47,470 nucleotides of DNA from a virus, in the IMG/VR virus record IMGVR_UViG_3300045988_167502; one strand, given 5' to 3'. Made by a program: the position numbers and the translations under genes. Below, piece after piece: positions 8,654 to 16,748 of the stretch (the first letter of the stretch is position 1; every line of letters starts with the position of its first letter). The notes under the pieces are model-generated. The model did not search any database, was not told the origin of the DNA, and saw only the letters and a list, made by a program, of their open reading frames with translations.

Positions 8654-9336
8654 TTAAGATTGATTTATTAGTTTTTCTAATTCTTTGTTATACTCAGGGC
8701 TTTTATCTGTAACAACCTTTCCTTTGTCCTTTTCATCGATAGAATAATATTCAGGTATTACACTATTGTAGAGCATTATATTAGCAAAGGATATTTCATA
8801 CAAAGCCTCATTAAAAGTTATATTAGGATATTGTTTTAGAAATCCACCGACTATTGCCCAGACACTGTCGTTTCGCTCACTTTCCTTGTCGGTTTTAGCA
8901 GATTCGCTTCGTTGAGGAAAGTGATAAGCATAAAAAAATCGGTAGTCTGCATTTTGCCAAGTTGATGAATTAAAAGTGTGCCTGTCTCTTGTATGCTTAG
9001 TTGATATAGTATTTTATTAGTGAGGACTTGAAGTTCTTTTTTGTGGTTGCTGAATAGTTTTTTGAGTCGTTCCCACAAGGTGATTTTAGGGTTGGGAGCT
9101 CCAAGTATCATTATAGCAAGAGCACGAGCGATGTGTTTCCCATATGGTGCTTTTTGAAAAGCTTCCCCTAATGCCTTTTCTCTATTGAGTTCTTCCATTG
9201 GTATATGGGAGATTTCCTGAGACACGAGAATAAGGGTTGCAAGGGTAGGTTGTGGTACGTGATAGGTGCTTCCTAATATAGTTATAGGTTGCGTTTGCTG
9301 TAGTATGGTTTCTGCAGTTTTTTGCTGTATGTCCAT
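8654..9336 (-). CDS. tail assembly chaperone, -1 frameshift fusion (GT-like, about 227 aa)
   Basis: The -1 frame is open for 92 codons from the U7 run to the TAA at 8654..8656. This region otherwise has no annotated ORF. Confidence 0.45.
8851..9336 (-). CDS. tail assembly chaperone (G-like, 0 frame)
   Basis: 161-aa ORF directly after the tail tube gene. Contains a U7 slippery run at 8932..8938. Confidence 0.5.
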   Translation of the reverse strand: MDIQQKTAETILQQTQPITILGSTYHVPQPTLATLILVSQEISHIPMEELNREKALGEAFQKAPYGKHIARALAIMILGAPNPKITLWERLKKLFSNHKKELQVLTNKILYQLSIQETGTLLIHQLGKMQTTDFFMLITFLNEANLLKPTRKVSETTVSGQ

Positions 9337-9403
9337 TGTTTAAGTGTGTTAGAGTAGGTTTTGGGGTTAGGTTTGTTACCTAACCCCTGTACCTAACGTT
9401 TGA

Positions 9404-9856
9404 TTATCCGTTATACTCTTTGAGCATTTTGCCTGTTTTGGGTTTGAGAGCCGTAAAGGTATATTTTATTTTACCTCCTATCTCACTGTCCCACGTTTTT
9501 ACAGACGAAACATTGGTTTTATCCATTATAAAACCTTTTGCGCTACTGTTTTCAGGTGAAAGTCTCACAGCATACTGGTCAAGGATAATACCATCTTCAT
9601 CTGGAATAGGTATAACAAGGTCGTCTGTTTCGTAGATTTCAAACTCCAACTTATACTTGCTGGCGTTCTTACGGGTAGCAATAATTTCACCACCTTCTAC
9701 TTTAGCTTCTTTGCTATCTCCTTCTTCTGTCTCTAACTTTGTCGAGTTTTCAACAGGTGTAGGAAACGCTTTCCAAGTGGGTGTTTGTGGCATTTCGCCA
9801 TTCTCCAACTTGACGTATTCTAATTTGGGTTTTCCCCAGCTTATAATATTTGCCAT
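9404..9856 (-). CDS. putative major tail tube protein
   Basis: 150 aa, positioned between the connector genes and the chaperone. Confidence 0.45.
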   Translation of the reverse strand: MANIISWGKPKLEYVKLENGEMPQTPTWKAFPTPVENSTKLETEEGDSKEAKVEGGEIIATRKNASKYKLEFEIYETDDLVIPIPDEDGIILDQYAVRLSPENSSAKGFIMDKTNVSSVKTWDSEIGGKIKYTFTALKPKTGKMLKEYNG

Positions 9857-9871
9857 AATGTTTTGTTTTTT

Positions 9872-10276
9872 TTAATTATTAATACTAAAACGTTTATAGA
9901 GGATTTGAGCATTTACAAGGTTTTGATTGCTATCTTCCTCAAAGCTATTGATAGTTTGTTCTTGTACAAAAAGATATTCATCAGGGGCGCGCTGTACGAG
10001 ACGGCTCATAAAATCTTCAATCTCTAAGATACGTGCAATATTTTTCACATTCTTTTGCGCTCCTATATTGATTTTAGGTACATAGAAGTTGATGTTTATT
10101 TTGCCTTGTTGTACATCATTATTGATACCCGTAAGATAGCCTATTACACAATCTTCCTTGTTAGAATTGTGAGGGCGTGTTCCTTGCAGATACACATCGC
10201 CTTTAATGAATCTTTTTATTTCGTCTTTGAATATGTCAAAGACGTCTTTTTCAATTTGTGTACCTCCTTTTTTCAT
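9872..10276 (-). CDS. putative tail completion/terminator protein
   Basis: Synteny only. Confidence 0.3.
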   Translation of the reverse strand: MKKGGTQIEKDVFDIFKDEIKRFIKGDVYLQGTRPHNSNKEDCVIGYLTGINNDVQQGKININFYVPKINIGAQKNVKNIARILEIEDFMSRLVQRAPDEYLFVQEQTINSFEEDSNQNLVNAQILYKRFSINN

Positions 10277-10656
10277 TATGAATAGAGTTTTGTTAAGATG
10301 TTTTTAGCTATTAGCTCGGCAGATGAAAGCACATTAAAACCCTTAGCTTCGACGTAAGCAGCGTAATTCATTCCTGCAACCACTATAAGCACCAAATCTT
10401 TAGGATATTTGCTTTTTAGCTCCTCAATAAGTTTTTGGTTGAGTGCAGAAATGTTGCTTTTAGATTTTTCTACACTATTAAGGAGTACTACATAACCTAC
10501 AGAATTGCGAAGGTTGCCCGTTCTATCGGTATATGCCCCATTATCTCGTGCTTCAATGATACATCGTTCGCCAACTTCAATGAATTTATTTGTAGCTTCA
10601 TTGATATACTTTTCTTTGATTTTATCAAAGGTAATGTTTAGCTTTCCTTCTATCAT
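10276..10656 (-). CDS. HK97 gp10-like head-tail joining protein
   Basis: TGNLRNSVGY motif plus position. Confidence 0.4.
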   Translation of the reverse strand: MIEGKLNITFDKIKEKYINEATNKFIEVGERCIIEARDNGAYTDRTGNLRNSVGYVVLLNSVEKSKSNISALNQKLIEELKSKYPKDLVLIVVAGMNYAAYVEAKGFNVLSSAELIAKNILTKLYS

Positions 10657-10976
10657 TATACAGTGATTTTGGTTCTACCCACTAAATCGGCGTGCTCAAT
10701 GCTTTGTACTTCAAACTCTCCTAATACCTCATTTTTGTTGTTAAAGAGACGTACCCTCTTGGCACTGAATACGTACAAACCATAATCAAACCACACAGTA
10801 AAAGAGCTTTGTGTAAAGGTACTATCTTTAAAGACACCTCGCTGATTAAGAGTGTTTGCTACAATATGGCAAGATATAGGCTCGCTCCATTCAGCTACCC
10901 CTGATTGAGGTATGCCGTCCACAAGTCCGCCTCCTACTATGGTTTGTACTTGTATTGTGCCATTATCTAATATCAT
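10656..10976 (-). CDS. putative head-tail adaptor
   Basis: Synteny only. Confidence 0.3.
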   Translation of the reverse strand: MILDNGTIQVQTIVGGGLVDGIPQSGVAEWSEPISCHIVANTLNQRGVFKDSTFTQSSFTVWFDYGLYVFSAKRVRLFNNKNEVLGEFEVQSIEHADLVGRTKITV

Positions 10977-11281
10977 AAAAATACCACTCTTGGTTTCTTA
11001 GAAAGTTCGTCTTTTAGTCCTAACCGCTTACATTCGTTACCATAGAATGCTATAATATCATCTTTGTTTGCTCGTGATATACTTGTGCCTCCTTCAGATA
11101 TTGAGGTTGGGTGCAAGAGTATTTGCGGTATAAACTTAATAAAAGCAATGTACATTTGTTCCTGCTCTTTGCTTTTAGCTTCGTCTTCTAAATTTGGGAC
11201 ATTTAAATCTAAAAGGTCAGCCTCAGTGAGAGAAAGCCCCAAAGAGGCAAACCTTTGACGGAAATAATCCTTTTTTGTCAT
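10973..11281 (-). CDS. hypothetical head-tail connector protein (start moved to the ATG at 11281)
   Basis: The track start at 11407 would overlap the capsid gene by 125 nt. The ATG at 11281 lies 1 nt after the capsid stop. Confidence 0.4.
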   Translation of the reverse strand: MTKKDYFRQRFASLGLSLTEADLLDLNVPNLEDEAKSKEQEQMYIAFIKFIPQILLHPTSISEGGTSISRANKDDIIAFYGNECKRLGLKDELSKKPRVVFL

Positions 11282-11282
11282 A

Positions 11283-12356
11283 TTATCCCATTTTAGAAGT
11301 GTTGATGATTGCCATACGCTGAGGAGCGGTGATGTTTGGTATCCACTCACAACCATATTCCACAAAACGACCTTCTTCTGTACGTTTAGTGGTGATAAAA
11401 TGACCACCCTCTAATACAGTGTAGGTTCTATCGGGAACACGGTCAACAAGCTCGTAAGGTTGATGCCACATCATCTTACCTATTTTTGCAGTAGGCAACA
11501 AGGCAATACGCTCATCGGCAAAGATGTTAGTACTTGTACCATCTTCTTTCACCACGTAGTCTTCTACAATATGAAGAGGAGGTAATCCTATACCGGTAAG
11601 TAATTGGTTCGCCATTGCTTCGGTAATGATACCCCCTGCAACGCCTATTTGTGCATTGCCTAATACCATTTTGTAGGTGTTTTTGAACTCATCAGAAGCT
11701 ACAATGCGCTTGTTGAAAGTGCTACGTGTCATTTCCATAAGAGCGAATGTACCTACTTTAGCACGAGTTTCTTCGACTATCTTTTGCAAGTAGGCGATGA
11801 AATTAGGTTTTTCGGCAGTTGTAGGGTCAAACTTCATTACAGGGAGTTCCATTTTCATAAGGGTAATACCCTCTTTGTTGTCGTCTAATTTGACCTCACC
11901 TACTCCTGTAGATATGAGTTGTCCCACAACATAGTCCATACGCTTATGAGGCGCAAGGGTACATTGACGAATGTCATCTGCAAGGTAGTTGATGATTTCG
12001 GTAAGTACAGCAGGTTGTCCTGCCCCTGCTTGGTTGTACTTGTCGATGAGTTGTTGCACGATACTAAGGCGTTCATTGTCCATTTGGAAAGAGTTCCCTA
12101 AGTCGGCAACCTCACCAGTACCACTGCCAAGCGTTTTGCGCTCACGGATAGGTTTGTTAGAGTTCTTGTCAATCACTGAACCCATAACCACACCCGTAAC
12201 GGTACCAAGATAGGTTTTGAACAAACGTGTTTTGGTTTCCTCAAAATCTAAATATCGTTTCCATACGATAGTGTCAAGGGTAGTTTGCATTACCCTATCA
12301 ATTACCGCCTTAATGATAAGTGGGCTGTTAAAAAGTTTTTCTAATGTTAAAATCAT
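11283..12356 (-). CDS. major capsid protein (lambda gpE-like class suspected)
   Basis: 357 aa, following the scaffold and decoration-like genes. Confidence 0.6.
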   Translation of the reverse strand: MILTLEKLFNSPLIIKAVIDRVMQTTLDTIVWKRYLDFEETKTRLFKTYLGTVTGVVMGSVIDKNSNKPIRERKTLGSGTGEVADLGNSFQMDNERLSIVQQLIDKYNQAGAGQPAVLTEIINYLADDIRQCTLAPHKRMDYVVGQLISTGVGEVKLDDNKEGITLMKMELPVMKFDPTTAEKPNFIAYLQKIVEETRAKVGTFALMEMTRSTFNKRIVASDEFKNTYKMVLGNAQIGVAGGIITEAMANQLLTGIGLPPLHIVEDYVVKEDGTSTNIFADERIALLPTAKIGKMMWHQPYELVDRVPDRTYTVLEGGHFITTKRTEEGRFVEYGCEWIPNITAPQRMAIINTSKMG

Positions 12357-12368
12357 AGTGTTTGAGTT

Positions 12369-12944
12369 TTAAATGAACATAAATCTTGCCCCAAGTGTTG
12401 CCTTATCTTGTTCCGATACGGGGGTGTAGAGCTTTTCTGTTTGGATTTCATACGCCTGGCCGAGAGCGGTAACAGTTGCCCCTGCTTCTTTCTTTACCCT
12501 TGCATAGTTAAGGAAATTAGCGGGATTTTTGACTTCTTTACCTGCTACAGTTTTGGCTTCAAAGAGGACATCTCCTGCTTTTACCCCGTCAATGGTAGCT
12601 GACAGGGTAAGGGTGTCGTAATTGGCATTGGTAGTGTCGATGGCTGAAATGGTTGCGCCTTTCGTACCGTTGCCAATGTGCATACCTTTTTTAACAAAGC
12701 TTCCCTTTTGGATTTTTAGGGTAGTATTGTCAATGTTTTCAGTAGCTTTTACAGCCTTTGATACTTTGGCAATATGGGTTTTAAAATCCACAGACAAAGG
12801 AGCTAATACAGGTACATAAGTACCCTCTGCTATATCATTGTCTTCAAGATTAAAACCTCCTGCCAATCGGTAGCCTGTTTTTACATTGTAGAGTTCTTTC
12901 TCTACTTCTTGACCTTTAAGGTCATACTTAATTCCTGCTGGCAT
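12369..12944 (-). CDS. head decoration/accessory protein (putative)
   Basis: 191 aa between scaffold and capsid. Confidence 0.35.
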   Translation of the reverse strand: MPAGIKYDLKGQEVEKELYNVKTGYRLAGGFNLEDNDIAEGTYVPVLAPLSVDFKTHIAKVSKAVKATENIDNTTLKIQKGSFVKKGMHIGNGTKGATISAIDTTNANYDTLTLSATIDGVKAGDVLFEAKTVAGKEVKNPANFLNYARVKKEAGATVTALGQAYEIQTEKLYTPVSEQDKATLGARFMFI

Positions 12945-12962
12945 TTTGTTTATTATTTAATG

Positions 12963-13661
12963 TTAGTGATTTGTAGCAGTTGCTTTTTTTTGAGCTTCCA
13001 CTATTTTTTGAGTGTCTTGCTCGATTTGTTTAGCAAGAGCCTCTTCCTCTTTAAGAGGAGTGTCTGGGTTGTCAGGAGCTTTAGAGTAAGAGAAACCTAA
13101 GTCAGCAAGTTCTTGTTTTTGCTTTTCAAAGCCGTTGCTTACTTCTATAGTAAGAGTTTCAACGGCAGTATTGTCAGCAAATTCACGCCCTGCGAGTGCT
13201 GGGGTGTAGTAGCTTTCGGGTATGTTTTTCTCTTTCATTGCCCTAACGAATTGTTCTTTGAGGGTTTCGGAGGTACGACCTTTTTGGAACTCTGCAAATG
13301 TGTCTTGCAGTGCGTTAAGTTTTTCGAGCACGGTGGCGAGTTCGGAATTAGGTTGTTGCTGATTGCCCCCTTGTGTAGGTTGCGGGTTAGCGGGCTCGTT
13401 ACCCTTTTCAAATTTAGCTTTCCAATCCTCAGCTTCTTTCTTATATTTTTCACTTTCGTTTTTGAAAGTGTTTACTCGACTATCAGCGAACGATTGGAGA
13501 TGTTTTAGCATAGATTCAGCCCCAGCAACAGCTGGTTCTACTTGTGCTTCTTCGGTTACGAAAGTACTTAAATTAGTAGCTACTCCTTCAAGCACTTGCG
13601 CGCTCAACCCTAATGCTGCATACTTAGTTTTGAGCAATTGGAGAATTTTTTCTTTAAACAT
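12963..13661 (-). CDS. scaffolding protein (putative)
   Basis: Acidic, helical 232 aa, first gene after the promoter at 13697..13704. Confidence 0.5.
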   Translation of the reverse strand: MFKEKILQLLKTKYAALGLSAQVLEGVATNLSTFVTEEAQVEPAVAGAESMLKHLQSFADSRVNTFKNESEKYKKEAEDWKAKFEKGNEPANPQPTQGGNQQQPNSELATVLEKLNALQDTFAEFQKGRTSETLKEQFVRAMKEKNIPESYYTPALAGREFADNTAVETLTIEVSNGFEKQKQELADLGFSYSKAPDNPDTPLKEEEALAKQIEQDTQKIVEAQKKATATNH

Positions 13662-13696
13662 AAAATATTGATTTTTAGTACTATTATTTTATAATG

Positions 13697-13704
13697 CAAA
13701 GATA
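13697..13704 (-). promoter_or_regulatory. -7 box (reverse complement TATCTTTG)
   Basis: 36 nt upstream of the scaffold start. Confidence 0.5.
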
Positions 13705-13724
13705 AGGGGGTAGGTGTTAGGTTG

Positions 13725-13732
13725 TATCTTTG
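13725..13732 (+). promoter_or_regulatory. -7 box TATCTTTG, divergent from 13697..13704
   Basis: Consensus match on the plus strand, opposite to all neighbouring genes. Confidence 0.4.
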
Positions 13733-13736
13733 TGTA

Positions 13737-13851
13737 TTGTGAAAAAGTTAGTATTTTTTTGTTATAGATAATTTTACAAGTTTTTCTATGGCTTAGACTG
13801 AAAAGGGCGTGCTATCATTCAATAAAAAAAGCCCCAATTAAGGGGCTTTTT
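13737..13851 (+). ncRNA. candidate small transcript 1 (promoter 13725..13732 to hairpin 13824..13851)
   Basis: About 115 nt between a consensus -7 box and the AAAAGCCCC/GGGGCTTTT terminator. The only ATG gives a 2-codon ORF. Confidence 0.3.
13824..13851 (+). terminator. hairpin AAAAAAAGCCCC-AATTAA-GGGGCTTTTT
   Basis: Same hairpin as 1321..1344. Confidence 0.6.
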
Positions 13852-13867
13852 AGTGAAAATATTTTTG

Positions 13868-13875
13868 TACCTTTG
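13868..13875 (+). promoter_or_regulatory. -7 box TACCTTTG
   Basis: The context AAATATTTTTGTACCTTTGC nearly duplicates 1391..1410. Confidence 0.45.
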
Positions 13876-13878
13876 CAA

Positions 13879-13996
13879 TGCAAAAGGGCTTAATTGAACT
13901 TTTGCAGGGGGCAACGCCCACCAGAGCGTAATGGCGGTATAGTATCCCGAAGCTCATTAACTACCTTGAATGTGCATAAATTCAGGGTAGTTTTTT
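13879..13996 (+). ncRNA. candidate small transcript 2 (or leaderless 17-codon ORF from the ATG at 13878)
   Basis: A -7 box is followed about 85 nt later by a 10-bp stem (CTACCTTGAA/TTCAGGGTAG, 13961..13990) plus TTTTTT. Confidence 0.3.
13961..13996 (+). terminator. plus-strand rho-independent terminator overlapping the MuF stop codon
   Basis: 10-bp stem including one G:U pair, a 10-nt loop, then T6. Confidence 0.55.
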
Positions 13997-14980
13997 CTTA
14001 GAAAAAAACTGTATTGCTTGTATAACCTTTTGCGAAACGCCCCTACTTTGGTTATCTACGCCCCATAGAAACATAGGCATACTCTTAGCGTTGGTTATTC
14101 TATTTTCGTTGTCTGATATCCACTCGGTGAGCTTGTTGTTTATGGTGATTTCTTTCCCTGCTATATCTTTTCTGAATACAGGGGTCATATAGCAACGGCA
14201 GTTTGGGTGATTACCTACCCATACGAAGCTCTTAGGGTATATACCTTTCATCATATCACATATTTCACAACCGTGAGGGTGCTTGCTTCGCTTGATTTCG
14301 TAGCCTACTATCATATCCATACTTTGCCAGCGTTCTATATCGGCGGTGCGATATGCTATGTTTATCTCTGTACGTGCCAAGCGTTCAGCATTCTTGTACG
14401 CACTCCTATATACTCCTTGTCCTGAGCGATATTCCTTTGCTCTTTGCGAGAATTGTAAAATACCGTTTTTATCTCGGTACTTTCTGAAAAGGGTATCAGG
14501 GTTTTGTAGGTACTTCTTTAGTACAGATGTGAGCTGATTAGCTGGTGTTCCCTCGTGTATGGCTACATCTAATGCCATTTCTATTTCAGTGCGATACTGT
14601 TGGGTTAAGTTCCACACCCTACCTGAAAGCATACGCTTCTTTTCTTTCATCACAAGGCTTTGTAGGGTATCTTCCTCCCCTTTTTGTGAATGATGAATGT
14701 TAGTAAACACATCTTTAAACTTGTCCTTAGATAGCTGGTAGTGCTTATCTATACAGTAATTCATCTTTTGAGAAAATACGTTGTTAAACTTTTCAAAGAG
14801 TGATTTTACCTTATTGTTCAGTACAGGGTACAAGGTAAAGGAAAAGAACTCCTCTTTAATAGTCTGTAGTCCATAGTACATCACTACCATTTTTAGCACC
14901 TCATCAAATAGATGAAGGAGCTTAGAAACGTCCCTTTCGGTTTGGTTCTGGTGATATTCATTCCACTTTTCTAAGTTCAT
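13982..14980 (-). CDS. head morphogenesis protein, Mu F / SPP1 gp7 family
   Basis: C-terminal HPHGCEICD...GNHPNCRCY motif. Follows the portal gene. Confidence 0.75.
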   Translation of the reverse strand: MNLEKWNEYHQNQTERDVSKLLHLFDEVLKMVVMYYGLQTIKEEFFSFTLYPVLNNKVKSLFEKFNNVFSQKMNYCIDKHYQLSKDKFKDVFTNIHHSQKGEEDTLQSLVMKEKKRMLSGRVWNLTQQYRTEIEMALDVAIHEGTPANQLTSVLKKYLQNPDTLFRKYRDKNGILQFSQRAKEYRSGQGVYRSAYKNAERLARTEINIAYRTADIERWQSMDMIVGYEIKRSKHPHGCEICDMMKGIYPKSFVWVGNHPNCRCYMTPVFRKDIAGKEITINNKLTEWISDNENRITNAKSMPMFLWGVDNQSRGVSQKVIQAIQFFSKKKLP

Positions 14981-14985
14981 TTTTG

Positions 14986-16374
14986 CTAATCCTTAAACAC
15001 TTCCTTTCCTTTTTCTTTCTCTATTTGAGCGAGTTCTTCATCTACGCGGTCAGTGATACCTGCCAAAATAACACCTTCTTTAAGTGAAGCTACCCCTCCT
15101 TGCACAGCGCTAACCGCGTCGGCTATCTTTTCGGTTAAGCTGTCAATCATATAAGGTACAATCTCTATACTGATTTGTGTTTGTTTGGCAATGCTGGCGT
15201 ATTTAGGGATAAGGCTTACTATTGCAGACAATAGGAAGTTGATACGGCGTTGTAAGAACTCTTCTACAGTCTCAGCGTGATTGCTCACTGCCATATGCGT
15301 ACCCATAAACATAAACTTAAATGCCTTACCGCTGAGGGCGTTGCCGATACCTTGTAAAGCTTCAAACGTAATTTGTGGGGTGTTAGTTAGTGCATAACAG
15401 CGGGAGGTGAGGTTATCAAACTCTAATTTTGCCATATCTGGGGACTGTTGCCAAGTGAGATAGGACACTTGTGCATCGTTTTCAAGTTGAATTATCTCGC
15501 TTCCCGTTCCTTTATTACGAGTGCCTTTCACATCGCCTGAAGCTACTAATTTGGGGTAGAAATTGTAGTCGAGACAATCGGCAAAGTTGGATAAGAGCAA
15601 CTCAAGGCGATTACGGAGTGTACGAATTTTATCGCACAATGGTCGTTCACGCTTCATATAGATAACAGGTATTTTGGAAAATCCGTGTTGATATTTCTCT
15701 TTTTGCGTGCCGTTGCTGTAAATTGTTACATTTTGGTTATCAATGACCATTAGGCGTGAGGTTTGTATGCCTTTGCTGTCCGTTTTGTTGTACTCACGGG
15801 AGAATGCTATAAGGTCGCCGTACTCATCGTAATATGGGTATAGGGTATCACCACGAAAGGGCGACCATATCATAGACTTAAGACGATAAGTAGGATTAGG
15901 GTCATCTTCCTTTGATGGTTTTACGTACCAATATTCAGCTACTTCGCATTCAGAGAACCAAGAGCGAACTATACGCTTGTTATCGTATTGTAGCTTGTTG
16001 CGCTTGTGTAGGTCAGTTAGAAGTTTAAATAATTCTTCTTGCTCTGTTTTATCGGTGTTTGCCGTGATTTTAGGAGGTGTACCTACCGTGAATGCGGTAT
16101 GAATATTGACAATATCCTGTTCTAATGGTAGAGCGAGGCGATTGACTTCTTCATCTTTGAATTTTGCTGGGGTATGAATTGTGCCGTCCTTATTATAGGT
16201 TGCCTCTTGGGTAAGCACCTTTCGTTTTGGTCGCAATTCAGGGTCGAAAATATCGTGCTTAGTATAGTCCCAATCTTTTAGGAGTAATTGTGTATCTGGG
16301 CGATTAGCTGGATATTTTTTGAGCTCGGCAATACGCGCGGCTTCGGGTAGTGCGAGTAGTTCTTGTAAGGTCAT
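14986..16374 (-). CDS. portal protein (SPP1 gp6-like size and position)
   Basis: 462 aa immediately upstream of the MuF-like gene. Confidence 0.65.
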   Translation of the reverse strand: MTLQELLALPEAARIAELKKYPANRPDTQLLLKDWDYTKHDIFDPELRPKRKVLTQEATYNKDGTIHTPAKFKDEEVNRLALPLEQDIVNIHTAFTVGTPPKITANTDKTEQEELFKLLTDLHKRNKLQYDNKRIVRSWFSECEVAEYWYVKPSKEDDPNPTYRLKSMIWSPFRGDTLYPYYDEYGDLIAFSREYNKTDSKGIQTSRLMVIDNQNVTIYSNGTQKEKYQHGFSKIPVIYMKRERPLCDKIRTLRNRLELLLSNFADCLDYNFYPKLVASGDVKGTRNKGTGSEIIQLENDAQVSYLTWQQSPDMAKLEFDNLTSRCYALTNTPQITFEALQGIGNALSGKAFKFMFMGTHMAVSNHAETVEEFLQRRINFLLSAIVSLIPKYASIAKQTQISIEIVPYMIDSLTEKIADAVSAVQGGVASLKEGVILAGITDRVDEELAQIEKEKGKEVFKD

Positions 16375-16441
16375 TTTTAGGTAAGATATAAGAGGTAAAA
16401 GGTAAGATTGTAATTGCCTACCTTTTACCTTGTGTTAATAA

Positions 16442-16723
16442 TTACTTTTGTTTCTCTGAACCATTAATAATGGCAACACAAGCCTCGTGAATGTGCTTGT
16501 AGAGTTCAATGTCTGTTCCTTGAAAATTGGAGTTTTGAACGTTAAAATCGTTAGCAGTAACTGTACCCTGAATTATTGGATAGTTAGATGACTGTTCACG
16601 AGTTGCTGAGAAAGCGACAGCTATAGGGTTGTTGTCATTTTCTGTTTCGTAAGAGTACATTATTGTAACTCCTTGCACGGTTTCTTGTGCTGTAATGCGG
16701 ATTGTTTTTTGAATGATTTGCAT
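16442..16723 (-). CDS. hypothetical structural protein
   Basis: 93-aa ORF in line with the late operon. Confidence 0.45.
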   Translation of the reverse strand: MQIIQKTIRITAQETVQGVTIMYSYETENDNNPIAVAFSATREQSSNYPIIQGTVTANDFNVQNSNFQGTDIELYKHIHEACVAIINGSEKQK

Positions 16724-16748
16724 AATGTTTATATTTGTATAGTTATTT

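Noticed and set aside
10973-11407. Long N-terminal extensions in the ORF track: 11407, 31086, 46232 (TTG) and 27136 (TTG).
   Set aside because: Each extension overlaps the upstream gene or contains the predicted -7 box. Internal ATGs at 11281, 30981, 46169 and 27163 fit the promoters and gene spacing.
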